Shown: in pieces, positions 60,368-64,000 of the stretch | Position numbering within the stretch: position 1 is the first letter of the stretch | Layout: each line of letters opens with the position of its first letter | NCBI GenBank assembly: GCA_016781485.1 | Contig: JADDQH010000003.1 | Coordinates: 5,384 to 69,383, forward strand | DNA: 64,000 bases | Source: Chloroflexota bacterium | GTDB taxonomy: Bacteria; Chloroflexota; Limnocylindria; Limnocylindrales; CSP1-4 | Direction of reading: 5' to 3' | Made by a program: the position numbers and the translations under genes | The notes under the pieces: generated by a model | Seen by the model: only the letters and a program-made list of their open reading frames with translations | Told to the model about the DNA's origin: nothing | Databases searched by the model: none

Positions 60368-61126
60368 ATGAGGAACACGAGAGTCGCGATCGGGATCGGC
60401 GCGCTCGTCCTTGCCGGGATGCTGGGCGGAACGCTCGTCGGCAGCGCACTGGGGACGACAGGCACGGGGGCGGCGTCGCCGGCTGACCCCGCCGCGGTCC
60501 CTCGCAGCGAGTATTGCGATCTGTTCCTCGACCGGTTCTCCCAGGAGCTGGGCGTCGAGCGATCGGCAGTACTTGCGGCGGCCAAGACCGCAGCCGGGGC
60601 CGCGGTGGACGCTGCGGTTGCTCGTGGAGACCTGACCAACGAGCACGGGGATCGGATCAAGGAGCGCATCGCGTCCGCCGACCGACTTCCCTGCCCGAGC
60701 GCGAGCCATCGGTTCGGGCACGGGCGTGGGTTCGGGCACGGGCGCCATCACGCCGGCGGCTTCGACTCGATCCCCGGGAAGGGACTCCTTCACGGGCTCG
60801 GCGGTGCCGCAGCAACAGCGCTCGGGGTGGATCGCGAAGGCCTCGTGGACCGGATGCTGAGGGGCGAGTCATTGCGCGAGATCGCGTCCGCGCAGAAGGT
60901 CGACTACGAGAGCGTCCGCACGGCCGTCCTGGATCGCGCTCGGGAACGACTCGGCCGTGCCGTCGAAAAGGGACGCCTGCATCAGGAGGGAGCGGACCGG
61001 CTGATCGCAGGCATCGACCAGTGGCTGGCGGACGGAGGCGATCTTCCCCTCGACCTGGAGGTCGAGGGCGAGCGCCGTTCGAACGCTTCCACCTCCGCCC
61101 CAGGTGTGGCCGCGCCGACGCCCTAG
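60368..61126 (+). CDS. Secreted helical protein with a His/Gly-rich segment
   Basis: Signal peptide; HRFGHGRGFGHGRHH; GESLREIA; divergent from the two-component pair. Confidence 0.7.
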   Translation: MRNTRVAIGIGALVLAGMLGGTLVGSALGTTGTGAASPADPAAVPRSEYCDLFLDRFSQELGVERSAVLAAAKTAAGAAVDAAVARGDLTNEHGDRIKERIASADRLPCPSASHRFGHGRGFGHGRHHAGGFDSIPGKGLLHGLGGAAATALGVDREGLVDRMLRGESLREIASAQKVDYESVRTAVLDRARERLGRAVEKGRLHQEGADRLIAGIDQWLADGGDLPLDLEVEGERRSNASTSAPGVAAPTP

Positions 61127-61242
61127 AAGGTCCACCCGCTCGAGGGCCGATGCCACCACCGGAAGGAAACGCACACGCGGAAGGAAACGCAGAGGCGGCG
61201 CACCGGCGGACGACTCGTCCGATCCGGGGAGCTGGAAAGAAC

Positions 61243-61271
61243 GAGACCCCGGCCGATCCGGCCGGGGTCTC
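61243..61271 (-). terminator. Intrinsic terminator of groESL
   Basis: 13-bp stem GAGACCCCGGCCG/CGGCCGGGGTCTC followed by GTTCTTT on the minus strand. Confidence 0.85.
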
Positions 61272-61293
61272 CTGTCTCGAAGAGGTTCTTCGA

Positions 61294-62946
<1,653 letters not shown>

Positions 62947-63005
62947 TCAGCGAGCCGGTCCTTGCTGGACCGGCCGTTCGTGCGGCCGGTGTGCCTCGGC
63001 CGTTG

Positions 63006-63329
63006 TCAGCTGTTGTCGCCCGTCTCGACGACCGCGAGGATGTCCTTCTGGCTGACGATCAGGTACTCCTCGCCGTCGACCTTGAACTCGGTGCCCGCGT
63101 ACTTCGCGTACAGGACCTTCTGGCCCTCCTGCACGTCCATCGGCTCCCGGGTCCCGTCGTCGAAGCGGCCCGGTCCTACGGCGATGATCTCGCCCTCCTG
63201 CGGCTTCTCCTTGGCGGTGTCAGGCAGGAAGATCCCGGTCTTCGTCATCTCCTCGCGGGGAGTCGGACGGATGACGACGCGGTCACCGAGCGGGCGGAGC
63301 TTGGTTGCAGACGCAGTGGCAGTCGCCAA
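63006..63329 (-). CDS. groES: Co-chaperonin GroES
   Basis: [34 protein letters not shown] before TTG 63329. Confidence 0.96.
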   Translation of the reverse strand: MATATASATKLRPLGDRVVIRPTPREEMTKTGIFLPDTAKEKPQEGEIIAVGPGRFDDGTREPMDVQEGQKVLYAKYAGTEFKVDGEEYLIVSQKDILAVVETGDNS

Positions 63330-63468
63330 CGCGATCCCTCCTAGTGTTGATCGGGCTTGTGCGGCCGTCGGGGCGGGGTGGACGGGAGCCGCGCCTGCAC
63401 GCGAATGGCGGTGGCGTACGGGGCTCGCCGTGCTCCGCCGGACCCCGATGAGGTCCGCGTTCATCGTA

Positions 63469-63495
63469 TTAGCACTCTCAGTCCGAGAGTGCTAA
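63469..63495. promoter_or_regulatory. CIRCE element (HrcA operator)
   Basis: Perfect TTAGCACTC-N9-GAGTGCTAA. Confidence 0.97.
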
Positions 63496-63496
63496 T

Positions 63497-63525
63497 AGGC
63501 TAAGTCATCGCGGTAGTGGTGTCAA
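63497..63525 (-). promoter_or_regulatory. Sigma70-type groESL promoter
   Basis: TTGACA-17 nt-TAGCCT immediately upstream of CIRCE. Confidence 0.8.
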
Positions 63526-63561
63526 GACACCCAGGGAGAGTCCGTCTCCTAAACTCGGCGC

Positions 63562-64000
63562 GTGTCCCTTCCCGGCAGGTTGGAGGTCCCATTCCGCGTC
63601 CGCTTCGACGAGGCGGGTGCGGACGGGCGACTCAGCAGCTCCGGCTTCCTTCGCTACGCGCAGGAGGTGGCACAGCGGCACGCGGAAGATGCGGGATTCG
63701 GCCGCGCGTGGACGGGGGAGCGACGTCTGGTGTGGCTGATCCGAGCCGTCGAGCTGGACATCCTCGCCCCGCTCGACCACGCCTCGGAGATCCGCGTCTC
63801 GACCGAGGTCATCGGCTTCCGCCGCGTCTGGGGACGCCGCCGAAGCGAGTTCCACCGGCTCGCGGACGAGCGCATCCTCGCCGTTGCGGTCATCGACTGG
63901 GTGCTCCTGGACGCGCAGGCGAACCGGCCGAAGCGCGTCCCGCAGGAGATCCACGAAGCATTCGCGAGACCGCTCCCGACCTTCACCCCGGCAAGGCTCG
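63562..64000 (+). CDS. Acyl-ACP/hotdog thioesterase (runs off the window end)
   Basis: Translated by hand: RVRFDEAGADG..LRYAQE..H..WLIR..TDW-like motif (IDWV); not in the ORF track because there is no stop in the window. Confidence 0.8.
   Translation, partial: MSLPGRLEVPFRVRFDEAGADGRLSSSGFLRYAQEVAQRHAEDAGFGRAWTGERRLVWLIRAVELDILAPLDHASEIRVSTEVIGFRRVWGRRRSEFHRLADERILAVAVIDWVLLDAQANRPKRVPQEIHEAFARPLPTFTPARL

Noticed and set aside
61160..61191. Direct repeat CGGAAGGAAACGCA x2
   Set aside because: Only two copies, between convergent genes; no supportable function.
63330..63464. 45-aa in-frame extension of GroES
   Set aside because: Low-complexity 5' leader; the SD supports TTG 63329.

Overview
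High-GC bacterial DNA. The gene content suggests a Chloroflexota-like organism (inference only). Housekeeping genes include dnaE, gatCAB, ligA, pcrA and CIRCE-controlled groES-groEL. There are five accessory modules: (1) an FMN-riboswitch-led operon ribD / ribE-ribB fusion / ribH that continues into FO synthase (fbiC, F420 pathway); (2) a complete, translationally coupled phosphonate operon encoding a TagB/F-like transferase, PEP mutase-nucleotidyltransferase, a nucleotidyltransferase fused to a methylphosphonate synthase (MPnS)-type dioxygenase, phosphonopyruvate decarboxylase and phosphonoacetaldehyde reductase; (3) an arsR / Cys-peptide / arsM arsenic-methylation module; (4) a nucleoside ABC operon with an embedded cytochrome P450; (5) several secreted M14 carboxypeptidases plus tldD/E. 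The best candidate for a new system is the nucleotidyltransferase-MPnS fusion pathway. It is predicted to make methylphosphonate, activate it with a nucleotide and transfer it onto a surface polymer. All family assignments are from motif recognition; no database searches were run.
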